DNA of 64,000 nucleotides from Camelus dromedarius (taxonomy: Eukaryota), in assembly GCF_036321535.1 (NCBI RefSeq), contig NC_087437.1, positions 46,502,001 through 46,566,000 of the forward strand, in the 5' to 3' direction. The position numbers were made by a program, and so were the translations under genes. Below the pieces are notes generated by a model. The model saw only the letters and a program-made list of their open reading frames with translations. It had not been told where the DNA came from and did not search any database. Positions within the stretch are counted from its first letter, which is position 1, and each line of letters opens with the position of its first letter. Below are positions 52,910 through 64,000 of the stretch, piece by piece.

Positions 52910-53095
52910 CAGATAACACACTGAACACTTATGGTGTGTCAGAAACTGCTATATAGTTCCCCTACTTCTTTATATTTTATGAGTGAGTAATTATTATTAT
53001 CCTCACCTTTTTAGATGAGGAAACTGAGCTCTAGAAAATTTAACATACTCAGGGGCACAGAACTAGGAAATGGTGGAACTGCATTTCAGGGAAAT
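52910..53095 (-). mobile_element. MIR SINE
   Basis: ttattatcctcacctttttagatgaggaaactgag. Confidence 0.75.
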
Positions 53096-53284
53096 CTGAA
53101 ACTTAAATTTGACTCAAGATAGGGAGCTCCTTAGAATATCAACAGTAGCTACTATTCTTATTCTCTCCCTTATGTTGCAGGTGTTTAACAGATAGTATCT
53201 TGTTTAATAATTATGAACTCACTAAGATTATAACACCAAGAGGTATTTATCTCAAGGAATTATAAAGATAAAGAAACAGGGTGA

Positions 53285-53521
53285 TAGACTCAAAGACATA
53301 GAGAAAACTTATGGTTACCAGGAGTTAAAGGGGGTGAGAAGGCATAAACTGGGAATTCAAAAATTGCACCTTTTGGGGAGTGATGGAAATGGTAGCTATC
53401 TTGATTGTGGTAGTGGTTTCATTGATGTATATACATCTATCAAAATTCATCAAATTACATATCTGAAGTATGTGTAGTTTACTGTTTCAGAAACATACCA
53501 CAATAAAGATGTTTAAACAAA
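53285..53521 (+). mobile_element. 5'-truncated composite L1 3'-end insertion with 15-bp TSD, inside a MIR
   Basis: TSD aaagaaacagggtga at 53270-53284 and 53522-53536; AATAAA at 53502-53507 and a short A-rich tail. Confidence 0.9.
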
Positions 53522-53714
53522 AAAGAAACAGGGTGACAAAAAAATAAGTAATTTTTCCAATGTCCCCCAGCTAGAAAATGGGAGAACCATAATTTGAATT
53601 TATATATGTCTGATTCTAAAGATCTTTGTTATACGTGAAGTCCTCACATAAATTACTTTTGCCTTCTTTATGTATGCTTGGGGACTGGGTTTTGTCTTCT
53701 TCAAGTGTTTGAAC

Positions 53715-53935
53715 TTCTGACTTCAACTCATAATACTGCAATTTATTTCTGTGTGTTCTTGAACAAGTTACTCAAGTGTTCCAAACTTCAGTTTCTTCAT
53801 CTGTGAAATAAGGGTGACCATAATAGAACCTACCTCATAGGGTTGTTTTGAGGATCCAATGAGATAGTTCTTATAGACACCCCAGTTCCTGGTACACAGA
53901 AAGTGCTCAGTCTGTGTTAGCTGATACTGGTAGTA
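53715..53935 (+). mobile_element. MIR SINE
   Basis: cttcagtttcttcatctgtgaaataagg...acctacctcatagggttgttttgagga. Confidence 0.85.
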
Positions 53936-54560
53936 TTAAAATTAGACATTGAGTAGAATGGTACTAGAGCCGTCAAACTGTAAACATCATTTAGCAAAAT
54001 CAAAGCTATCCTGTAAATCTTTAAAGAGATTTCAGATCTTTAATACCAAACACATAGTTATCTTTAAACTTAGTTTCCATACAAAGAAAACAAATCTGTA
54101 CAGCTGAAGAATGGGAATTCTCTTCACAAGTTAGGATTGAGAAGGCAGGTCTATGACCCTGCCTCTAGCAGAGAGACTACTCAAATAATAGTTCTAAGTA
54201 GATCGTGATCCTTGTGGATGAGGAGGTCATGAGCTGAAAGGAAGACTTTGTAGATAAAATTTTAGCTAAACGAGGAGAGGCAAGATACCTCTTGTGATCT
54301 CAGAAAGGAAATTTCAGCAACTGTAGACTGTTTGATATTGAAGAGGCTTAGGGAAATTCTTTACATTACTATGAAAATCACCCAGACATGATTAGAGAAA
54401 AGCGAAGGGGTAAAATTCACCTTTTCCCTCTTTGCGTTCTCTTTTAAACTTCTTTAATCATCTGTGTAAATAAGACTGGGAGAGACTTCAATGTTCAGGA
54501 AGCTATAATCATAGAAAGGGAGGATTCTATAATGTAAGAGAGTGTGTTAAAAAAGAGTGT

Positions 54561-54919
54561 GGATGAGTAATATAGGTGAGGGAAATTAAGAGTTATAAAC
54601 TTCCAGTTATGACATAAACACGTCATGGGGATGAAATGCACACAGTGGGGAATATAGTGAATAATAATGTAATATCTTTGGATGGTGACAGATGGTAACT
54701 AGAGTTATTATGGTGAGCATTTTGGCATGTATAGAAATACCAAATCACTATGTTGTGCACCTGGAACTAACCTAGTGTTGTAGGTTAATTATACTTCAAA
54801 AATAAACAAACTCATAGAAAAAGAGATCAGATTTGTGGTTGCCAGTGGCAGGGGGTGGGAGGAGGGGAAATTGGATGAAGGTGGTCAAAAGGTGCAAACT
54901 AAAATTCAGAGGTTAAAAG
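54561..54919 (+). mobile_element. Laurasiatherian-type L1 3' UTR insertion with TSD
   Basis: aacttccagttat...gtcatggggatg...atggtgacagatggtaactag...aatcactatgttgtgcacctggaactaa. TSD aaaagagtgt at 54551-54560 and 54920-54929, at a TT/AAAA site. Confidence 0.85.
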
Positions 54920-55584
54920 AAAAGAGTGTATATAAATATATAGTTACCAGCAAATGTGAAAAAAAAAATCTGTGGCTAAAATATTATAATAAACGAATGT
55001 AAAAAATCTCTATAAGGTAGTACTGTTTCTTTTCTGTTTCCTCCCTTTTCTGTTTTTTTTTTTTTTTAATTTTTCTTTGTCTTTTTGCTTGGATTACATT
55101 ATCTTCTATAAACTGACCTCACGCAAGCTGTTCAACTTTGTCTCTGATACATGCCATTCAGACCTTACTTTTCTAGTCTTGCTCTCATCCACTTCCCACC
55201 CTATTCTGTTCCCTGTACCTAGGGTGTGATTCTGTTCCCTCCAACCTGTTCACCAACCCAAAGCCCATCAGTCCTTCAAAGCCCAATTCAAGTCTCCATT
55301 TCACTAAGATTACTGTTTTTGATTACTTTAAGTATTGTAGTAAGTAGGAAAAATGTAGACTGTGAAGTAAAACTTGTCTTGGTTCAAATCTGGGATTTGC
55401 CATTTTCTAAGTAACCTCACTTAACCTCTCTAGACCTCAGTTTCCTTGTCTTTGGAATAATAATGCTTCTTAGGATTCTATCATTATTAAACATAATAAT
55501 AGTAACCATCTTTATTAAAGGACTCTTATTACTTTAAGTTCTTAATTCACTTTTTTAGTCATAATTATATAGTTTAAATCTAAG

Positions 55585-58500
55585 TGCCCTAGTCTGGTTG
55601 TGATGTACTTACCCTCCAAAGATTATAAAACTGGAGAGTCTATATGAAGCAACCATTTTCAGTCACTGGACAGTACGTAACACAGGACTGTGATCACTGA
55701 CAGAAGGGGTACACATGAGGTGAGCTCCATATTCACCCAGGCTTTTTCCATGGGATCACTTTCAAAATTATAGTCCCAGGTTTTAGAGGTCAAAGAAAGA
55801 ACAGTGGTCTTATAAGATATAGTTTGGGGCTGCTGGGGCAGAGTAATGAAGAAAGGGAACATTCCAGAGAAAGAGCTCCAGAAATCAGTGTTGGGAGTTT
55901 TCTTGAGTCTTTGGCTAAATACTGAGATAAGTACATAAAAGACATGACTCTATGAGATCTGGCAGATAATGGCTACTGGATGTGTGAGCTGAATAGTATG
56001 ATTCTAAAGATTTCACTGTGCTAGGAGATCTTGGAATACAACTAGCCAGATTGAAACTTGGGAAATTACCTGAGACTGCAAAAAAGCTTTACCTTAGAAA
56101 TAGTAAGGACTACTCTAGACCCGACTTAATAAAATCTAAATATAAATCTCAAAAAGATCAAGATAATCCACAAGTAAATTAATTTGGTAGTAACACAAAA
56201 TTGAAAACTCTTGAAAGAAAACAATAAAAATCCAGAATCTCAACAAAATTGCTGAGTATGTGAAGAAACAGAAAAATATGACCCATAACCAGGAGAAAAG
56301 CAGTCAATGGAAATATATATATAAAGATATTACAGATATTCACATTAGCTGGCAAAGATTTGAAATAGCCTTTTAAAGTTTGTTCAAGAATTTAAAGGAA
56401 GATATAGAACAAGTGAATAGATAGCAACCAAGCAGAGAAATGAAAGCTATACATTAAAAAAAGGCCAAATGAAAATTCTAGAATGGAAACATGCAAAATC
56501 TATAAGATAAAATCTATAAAATCTATAAAAAGATAACAATTGAATGAGCTTAACAGTAGTTGGACATTGAAAGAGAAAAAAAGAAAATCAATAAACTTAT
56601 AGTATAAAGAATCTATTTAAACTGAAGCACAGAGAGAATAAAAGACTGAACATAAATAAACAGGTCCTCAGTGGCCCATGGGATAATATCAAGGGTCTGA
56701 ACATACATGTAATTAGAGCTATAAAAAAAAAGAGAAGAAACAAATTGGAGCAGAATAAAAAGATTTGACTACATATGACAAAAGTCTACCAAATTTGATG
56801 AAAAATATCAACTCAGAGATCCAGGAAGCTCAATGAATTCCAAGAAGGATCAACCCAAAAAAGATCACACCTAAGCAATTCATAGTCAAATTTGTGAAAA
56901 CTAAATATGAGGAGAAAAATCTTAAGAGCATACAGGAAAAAAAAGAGAGAGAAACTTCTGGAGATCAAAGGTAAATTGAACACAAGATTTTTATCAAAAA
57001 CAAAGTAAGCCAGAAGGCAATGGGACATTTCTAAAGTATTGAAAGAAAAGAACTCTATTAATCTACAATTATTTGTACAGTAAAATAGTATTTGAAATTG
57101 AAGGTGAAATAAAGACACTTAGTAAACATATGCTAACATAATTTATCAAAAGCAGGTCTGTACTATAAAAATGTTAAGGAAAGTTATTCAGTCTGAAGAA
57201 TAATGATAACAAGTAGAATTCAGATCATACAAAGGAACAGAGTACCTGAAATGATAAGTATCTAGAAAATATATATCCATTATTTTCATTTTAAATTACT
57301 TTAAATTATAATTATTATCTAAATCAAGCAAACCAAGATATAAGGTAATGTGGGTTTTATAACATACGTAGGAATAAAATATATGGGAGTAGTTACTACA
57401 TAGGATTGAAGAGAGTAATTGGGAGCATACTGTTCTGAGGTTCTTAGAATATCTGTGAAGAGATACTACTATATTAATTTAAGATAGATTTTAAGTTGAG
57501 AATGCATGTTGTAATCCACACAGAAACTATTAAAATCTTAAATAAATTAGAGGGAATAAATGGAGTTACAAAAGATTCAATATATCCAACAGAAGGCCAA
57601 AAAGAAAAAAGAAAAACAAACAAAAAACTAAGTACAAGTGAAACAAACAGGAAAAAATAGTATGAAAACAGGCTTAAAACCATATTCATATTTATATTAA
57701 ATGTAACTGGAGTAAACTCTATAATTAAATGGCAAAGATGTCAGACTGGTTAAAAACGTATGACCCAACTACAGGCACTATAAAGACTTAGTTAACTAAT
57801 GAAAATACTAATCACAAGAAAGATGACTTTAATGAAATTAGACAAAATAGATTTTAGGACCAAAGAATATGACCAGAAATAAAGAGGGACATCTAAAAGA
57901 CCAAATCACCAAAAAGACATAATAAGACACAAATCTTAAATGATTATGTAAGCGGTAAACTTCAAAATATACAAGGCAAAAATAGACAATTGAAGAAATA
58001 GACAAATCCATAATATGACTTCCAGACTTTAATAGTCCTTTCCCAGTAACTGTTAGAACAACTATACAAAAATAATCAGTGAGGATACAGAAGAGTTAAA
58101 TAATATTATTAACTGAATTAACAAATAATATTTATAAGAAATTATATCACATTCCTACAGGATACACATTATTTTCTAAAAAACATAGAACATTCACCAA
58201 GGTAAAACATATGCCAGGTCATAAAGTAAGCCATAAATTTAAAAGTATCTTCTCTCACCACAGTGGAATTGAATTAGAAATCAATAACAAAAAACCTCAA
58301 ACATATACACATATTTATAAATTTAAAAACACATCTAAATAACTCACTTATCAAAGAAGAGATCAAAGTTAATGTTTTTGATATTTTAAACTAAATTAAA
58401 AGAAAACTACAATAGATCAAAATTTGTGGGATGCCACAAAAATAGCATTTGGTGGGAAATTTATAGCTTTAAACGCTTACATTAGAAAACAGCAATAATT

Positions 58501-60320
58501 TACAATCAATGCTCTAAGCTTTTACCTTAAGAGATTAGAGAAAGAAGAACAAATTAAATACAAAATAAGTACAAGGCAGGAAATAATAAAGATAAGGGTA
58601 GGAATCAATGAAGTAGTAAACAGATAAACAATAGGGCAAATCAGTGAAACAAAACATTGGTTTCCTGGAAAAGATCAATAAAAGTGATAAACCACTAGCA
58701 AGACAGCTTTAGGGGAAAAAAAGACAATACAAATTGCAGATGTCCATAATTAAATAGACATGTCTCTCATCCTATTGACTTAAGATAATAACAATTAAAT
58801 GTTATAAATAATATTTTATAATAAATTTAAAAATTTAGATGAAATGAACAAATTCCTCAAAAGATATAAATCACCAATACTGGTATAAGAAAAATGAGAA
58901 ACTATATGAATAGATCTACATATATCAAAGACAGTGAGTCTATATTTAGTAACATTCCCATGGCAAGGAATCTGTAGAACCTGAGTGGCAGTTGATATAA
59001 GTTTTTGCCTGAGTCCAAAGACCTGAGTATCAGGAACACTGATACCCAATACCCAGCTTGAGAAGAGAGAACAAATTCACTCTTCCTTCTTTTTGTTCTA
59101 CTCAGGTTCTCGATGGGTTGGATGATGCCCACCCACATTGGTGAATGTGATTTTCTTTACTCAGTCTACCAATTCAAATGCTAACATATTCTGGAAGAAC
59201 TCTCACAGACACACCCAGAAATAATACTTTATCAACTATCTGGGCACCCTGTAACCAGTCAAGTTGATGCATAAATTTAACCATCACACCTTTTGAAAAC
59301 TCATATGAGAAAAGAAAAATAAGCCTCAGCTCCACCTCACACCATACACAAAAGTTAATTTGAGATAGATCTTACACTTAAACCTAAAAAGCTAAAAAAT
59401 ATTAAAAATTTCTAGAAGAATATGTAAGCGAAAACATATCCATGACCTTGGAGTAGACACACATTTTTTAAAAACCCTTCTCATCAAGGCACATTTCTGA
59501 AAATGAACAGACAAGCCCAGAGCCTGGGAGAAAATATTTGCAATCTTACGTATAACAGACGTGTATGAAGAATATATGTAGAATTCCAACAATTCAATTA
59601 ACAGACAAAAAAGCCAATTAAAATAGGTAAAAGACAGGAGCGGACACTTCAAAAAGGAATATGTTCAAATGGTCTGCAGGCATGTGAACAAGCGTTCAAC
59701 ATCATTTTTGGGGGAAGACTAAAATGAAAAGATTGATAAATTAAATTTTAACAAGTATAGGGAGTAAACAGAATTCTCAAATACTGCTGATAGAAATATA
59801 AAACTCTGGCAATTGCTTATAAATTTAAACATATACTTAAATTGCAACCCAAGAATTTGCCTCCTAGGTATTTGTCCAGGAGAAATGAAACATATACATA
59901 CACAAAGACTTTTACAAGGATACTTATAACCTCTTTATTCATAATAGCTCACAGTAAGATATAACCCATATATCCACAAATAGGAAAATGGATAAACAAT
60001 TGTGGTATATCTATATAATGGAATATTACTTAACAATAAAAAGAACTACTGATATAGGCAAAACCAAGGATTAATCTCAAAGCCATAATGTTGAGTGAAA
60101 AAAGCCTGACACAAAAGAGTACGTATCATATTTTTCTATTTATATGAAGTTCTGGAATAGGTAAATCTAATACGGAGTGGTAAAAATAAGAATAGTGATT
60201 GCTTCCGGAGAGTGCGAGGGTAAAGACTGACTGGCATGGGGCAGGAGGAAACTTTCAGGGTGACGGAAAGTTTTCCAAATACATCAAACTATACCCTGTG
60301 TAAATTATATCTCAATAAAA
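55585..60320 (+). mobile_element. Long decayed old L1 (5' region, ORF1, ORF2 EN, ORF2 end, 3' UTR); RT region largely missing
   Basis: Co-linear ORF1 (gaagctcaatgaattccaagaaggat; gaaggtgaaataaagaca), EN (tgacccaact; gaattagaaatcaataac) and 3' UTR motifs, ending ctcaataaaa. Confidence 0.85.
58970..59288 (-). mobile_element. MLT2 (ERVL) LTR, partial
   Basis: ttggatgatgcccacccacattggtga...ctcacagacacacccagaaataat...cagtcaagttgatgcataaatttaaccatcaca is the reverse complement of the MLT2 start. Confidence 0.85.
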
Positions 60321-61429
60321 ATTTCATTTTTAATTTATATAAATATCAAATTGTATTTTAGTATGTTTTAAAATAAATATTGCTTTGCTTTTAAGTAAAT
60401 ACATTAAAAAAAATATATGTTAACATCTTAAGTTTTGTAGGAATTTCAGTCACCTGTGAACTGTGTGCCTGTTTTAACAAAGCCAGGCTTGTAATACTGT
60501 AGTAAAATGAACATTCATTGGTTGATGAGAAATTTTTTAAAAAGCCATCATATTTGTGCCATGCAGAATTCTTTTAAATAGGTGGGTTAATGAGAGAGGA
60601 GGGGTTGAGATAGCAGTTTTAATCAAGCTAACAATCAAAGCCTTTACAAATTTAGAGAAGTAAAAATATAGAAGGAAAGTGTAAGGTCATTTTATTAGGT
60701 GACAAGCATACTATTTTTGGAATAGGGTCATATCTTAATCATGTTGGGGTTTTTGTTTCCAATATTGCCTGGTACATAGTAGAAGTTTAGTATATATGGG
60801 GGAATATGAAATAACTAGTTTTCTATCACAAACCTTTTTTAATAAGACCAAATTTTATACTGCAGTTATTTTTACAAACTTTCTTTTTGTGTCCCAGAGC
60901 AAATTACTTATAACATAAATTGAACCCCCTAGCAGCAGACCCAGGTTTGAAGCAGGGAGATTTAAATTGCATGTTGCCAAGAAACACTGCCTGAAAACTC
61001 AGTTTTTCAACTCTAGGAGTGCTTCTAACTTATCCTCTTTCTTGGAAATCTTCAATGACTTAAGACCAGTTTCCATACAATTGGCCTGATATTTTTCCCC
61101 TTCTTAGTACTGAGAACGGTCTGTGAAAAGGAAGTGGGAAGAGACCTGATGTCCTGATACAGAGGTTCATGTTGAGTGTGGTCAGAAATGACATGGGTTA
61201 GCCTGGTTTGAGGTTATTCCTAATTCTCTTTCTCTTTATTCAGTACATGTTTGTTAGAGAGTGAGCTATAAATAAGACAATGTGCTCAGTGCGAGGGTCA
61301 TAAAAATGAACAGAAAAGGGTTCCATACTCAACAAAGTCACAGACCAGTAGAAAAACTCAAATAACCGAACGGATGGTTAGTCATAGTTAATTTTATTAT
61401 TTTTATCAGTTAATTTTTATATTAATAAT

Positions 61430-61580
61430 TATTACATTTAGGGCATCTGTCTGGTAATTTATAGGTATTTTACTATTTATACCATGAAGGTAAGTATTAT
61501 TCTCATTTCATAGCAGTAGAAACCAAGGCTTAGAGAGCATATGCCACAGACCTAGCAAGGGTGGAGTCAGGATTTGAAAC
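61430..61580 (-). mobile_element. MIR SINE interrupted by an LTR
   Basis: gtattattctcatttcatagcagtagaaaccaaggcttagagag...ggagtcaggatttgaa. Confidence 0.7.
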
Positions 61581-62074
61581 TGTCAACTGAAATAAACACA
61601 CAGCCTAAAAGTTGAGAGTTATGTTTTATTTGGTGGACATTTTTGAGGACTCGAACCCCTTTGAGCCTGGAATGACAGCCTCTCAGATCGCTCTGAGGGA
61701 CTGCTCCGAAGAAGTAGGGGAGGAGCCAGGATATGTAGGAGCTTTACAACAAAGACCAGGTAGTTGGAACATTAAATGATTACATGTTAACTAAAGAAAA
61801 CCAGGCATCTCAAGTTAAAGAATTTAGCGCTTTTCTATGCATGGGAGGAAGCAAACTTTTGGGCTGACTGAATTCATTCCTTTGACAAGCACCTAGCTAT
61901 CTAGGGCCAGGATCCTGTCCTTTCTTATTCTGAGTCCCCTCAGGGTGCACCATTATGAGTGGCTGCAGGGGCTGGGCTGCAGGCTTGTCTTCACTGTGGG
62001 GTGGCGGCAGCCGCTAATGACTTGATGGCTTCAGCATTGTTTACTGATATGGTTTGCAGTATTTTTTGTTCACA
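61581..62074 (-). mobile_element. MER41-like ERV1 solo LTR (similar to cetartiodactyl MER41_BT)
   Basis: tgtcaactgaaa...cctaaaagttgagagttatgttttatt...ctctgagggactgctccgaag...gaatttagcgcttttctatg...cccctcagggtgcacc...caca. TG/CA ends and an approximate 4-bp TSD aaac. Confidence 0.85.
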
Positions 62075-62874
62075 AACTCATTCTGTGGGACTTCCTAGGC
62101 TGCAGTCGTTCAAAGAGAGTGCACTACTATCCAAGATAGATTTTAGCCGAGCTTCTCATCCCGCAACACCAATGCATAACTTTGCAAATCATGCCTACGG
62201 TAAAAAACGTCAAAGGAGCTTGCAGCTCATTTTCCCTTGCTTTGGTAATTTTTATTTTTTACTTTCTTGAACTCCAATAAATAAATAATTACCAAACAAA
62301 CAGTGGAAGGGAAAGTCAGATTTGTTTTGTGTTAGCCATATGTTACCATTTAAGGTTTCCATGTGAGGAGCTGATGTTGGTTGGGAGCAGCACGCATGTG
62401 ATTTTGCACAGACCATCACACGCTGAGTCCCGGTTCTGCTGGGGAGCCTCCGCTGCTCTTTGAAGCTCTGCTTCCTGCTTAGCAGAGTCACGCAAAGGCT
62501 TTCTTTATCCCAGTTCCATCTCCACGACAATTAGAGTAGCCAGTTGGCCTGGGCACTAAAAGACTTGCGTGCTGATCAGGGCTCTCTACTCTGTTGAGAC
62601 TAGGCCAAGTGCTGGGAGGGCCACGGTTCTCGGTCCTTTGCTGTCCTGAAGCTTGCTTTCTGGTGACGAGGGGCACAGCTGAGGCTAAGTGAAGTCAGAG
62701 GGCAGGACTGTAAGAAAGTGACCCGCAACAGCTCCAGAGATATATTATGGGCAGAGGGACTTCCTGGTAGGAAAACGAAGAAAAGAAGATGAACTTACCG
62801 ACTCTTCTCTGCAGGTTTTATTTACCTGTGCAATACTGTTTACTCCTCAGCACAACAATGTGACAGATGTGTGT

Positions 62875-63215
62875 TTAAAACCTTTTTTAAATTTAAAAAA
62901 TAATACAAGTATAACTAAAAGTTAAAATCATGTTAGAGAATGTACATCGTACCTCACATTCTCCGTTGCCACCCCCAAGGCAACCAGAGCAAATGGTTTC
63001 TTCTATATTCTTCTGGTAATTTTCTAATTAAATATATGTGCATTTCTCTGTGAACACATCCTTTATTTTTATACAAATGGGGATACTTTAAAATAGCCTG
63101 TTCTGGACCTGACACTTTTCACTTAACAACATATCCCAAGGTAATTTCCATGACAATAAGTACATATGGCTTCACCTCTTTTTTTTTCAGTGGTTACACA
63201 GTTTTCGATATATGT
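62875..63215 (-). mobile_element. Old L1 (L1ME-type) 3' fragment
   Basis: ccccaaggcaacca...ttttatacaaatgggg...ttttcacttaacaacatatc. Confidence 0.55.
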
Positions 63216-63889
63216 TAGAATTTTGAAAGGATCCAAAAAATAGCACCCCTTTTTCCCTGCCCCCTGCCCTTAGGTTCTGAACAATTTGAGAACAAAACAA
63301 ATGAATAGCAATGGAGGCCACAGATTTAATTGTATTTCAGATAGAGGCCAGACCAGGGACTAGGGTTTTGTGTGACTAGTCAAGCAGACTTGTTAATACT
63401 GAACCTGCATATGTAGAACTCATCTGTGCAGCCTAGCATGGTTCCCAAAATGAAGAGTAAAGCTGAGCCAAGACATAACCCTTAGATATGTTATGCCACC
63501 TTCCCAGGGGTAGAGTGACTAAATGGCAGAAGGGAAGCCATTGGGATGCTTAAAAATCCCTTTCCATGGAAATCAGGAGTGGAGAGAAGGCACTCCTCTC
63601 TAGCAGTAAGAGCAAAACATCCTTAACTGAGCAAGTCCCCTGCTGATGGATGTTTAGGTTACTTCCATTCCTGCTCTTGGGCACACATGTTTGTCATTCT
63701 CTTTTTATACCAATGGGAACAGGTTACAGGAGGTTAAGTGTTCAGAGAGCGAGTGAGAGGCAGAGCCAGAACTCTGATTCACATCTGACATCAAGTCCAG
63801 GCTCTTTCCATTTTTCACAGTTCCTACTCCTCACTGAATTACTAACATCTGTCGAAACATCAGAGTCTATGAGTCAATTTTAGTTAAAT

Positions 63890-64000
63890 CCTATTAGTTC
63901 CTCACAATCCTCATGTGAGGTGACTGAGGCAGGAATTATGTTCTCCATTTTATAGAAAAGTAAACTAAGTTTCAGAGAGTTTGTTACTTCCTTACCTAGC
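63890..64000 (-). mobile_element. MIR SINE, runs off the window
   Basis: tcctcacaatcctcatgtgagg...ccattttatagaaaagtaaactaagtttcagagag. Confidence 0.6.

Overview
AT-rich, repeat-dense placental-mammal DNA, intergenic or deep-intronic. I found no recognisable protein-coding exon, tRNA, rRNA, CRISPR array or prokaryotic feature. The listed ORFs appear to be noise or LINE-1 remnants. Much of the window is decayed transposons: MIR, L2, old L1M fragments, MaLR/MLT2 LTRs, a ~5 kb ERV1 (MER34/MER4-group) remnant with a tRNA-Ser primer-binding site and a nested Tigger2-type MITE, a MER41-like solo LTR, and an unassigned solo LTR. The MER41_BT-like LTR, the cetartiodactyl-type L1 3' UTRs and the absence of Alu/B1/Bov/PRE-1/CHR/Can-SINEs suggest a cetartiodactyl, perhaps a camelid (inference). 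I cannot support a new biological system here. The most interesting signals are: an L1 RT-core fragment patching a deletion in an MLT1D LTR; a GC-shifted, possibly ectopically copied block; a TSD-flanked chimeric L1 3' end; a solo poly(A) insertion; an LTR with clustered IRF/Oct/CCAAT motifs; an orphan CpG-rich element; and a dyad-symmetric homeobox-RFX site. Family names come from recalled consensus similarity, not a database search. Boundaries of old repeats are approximate.
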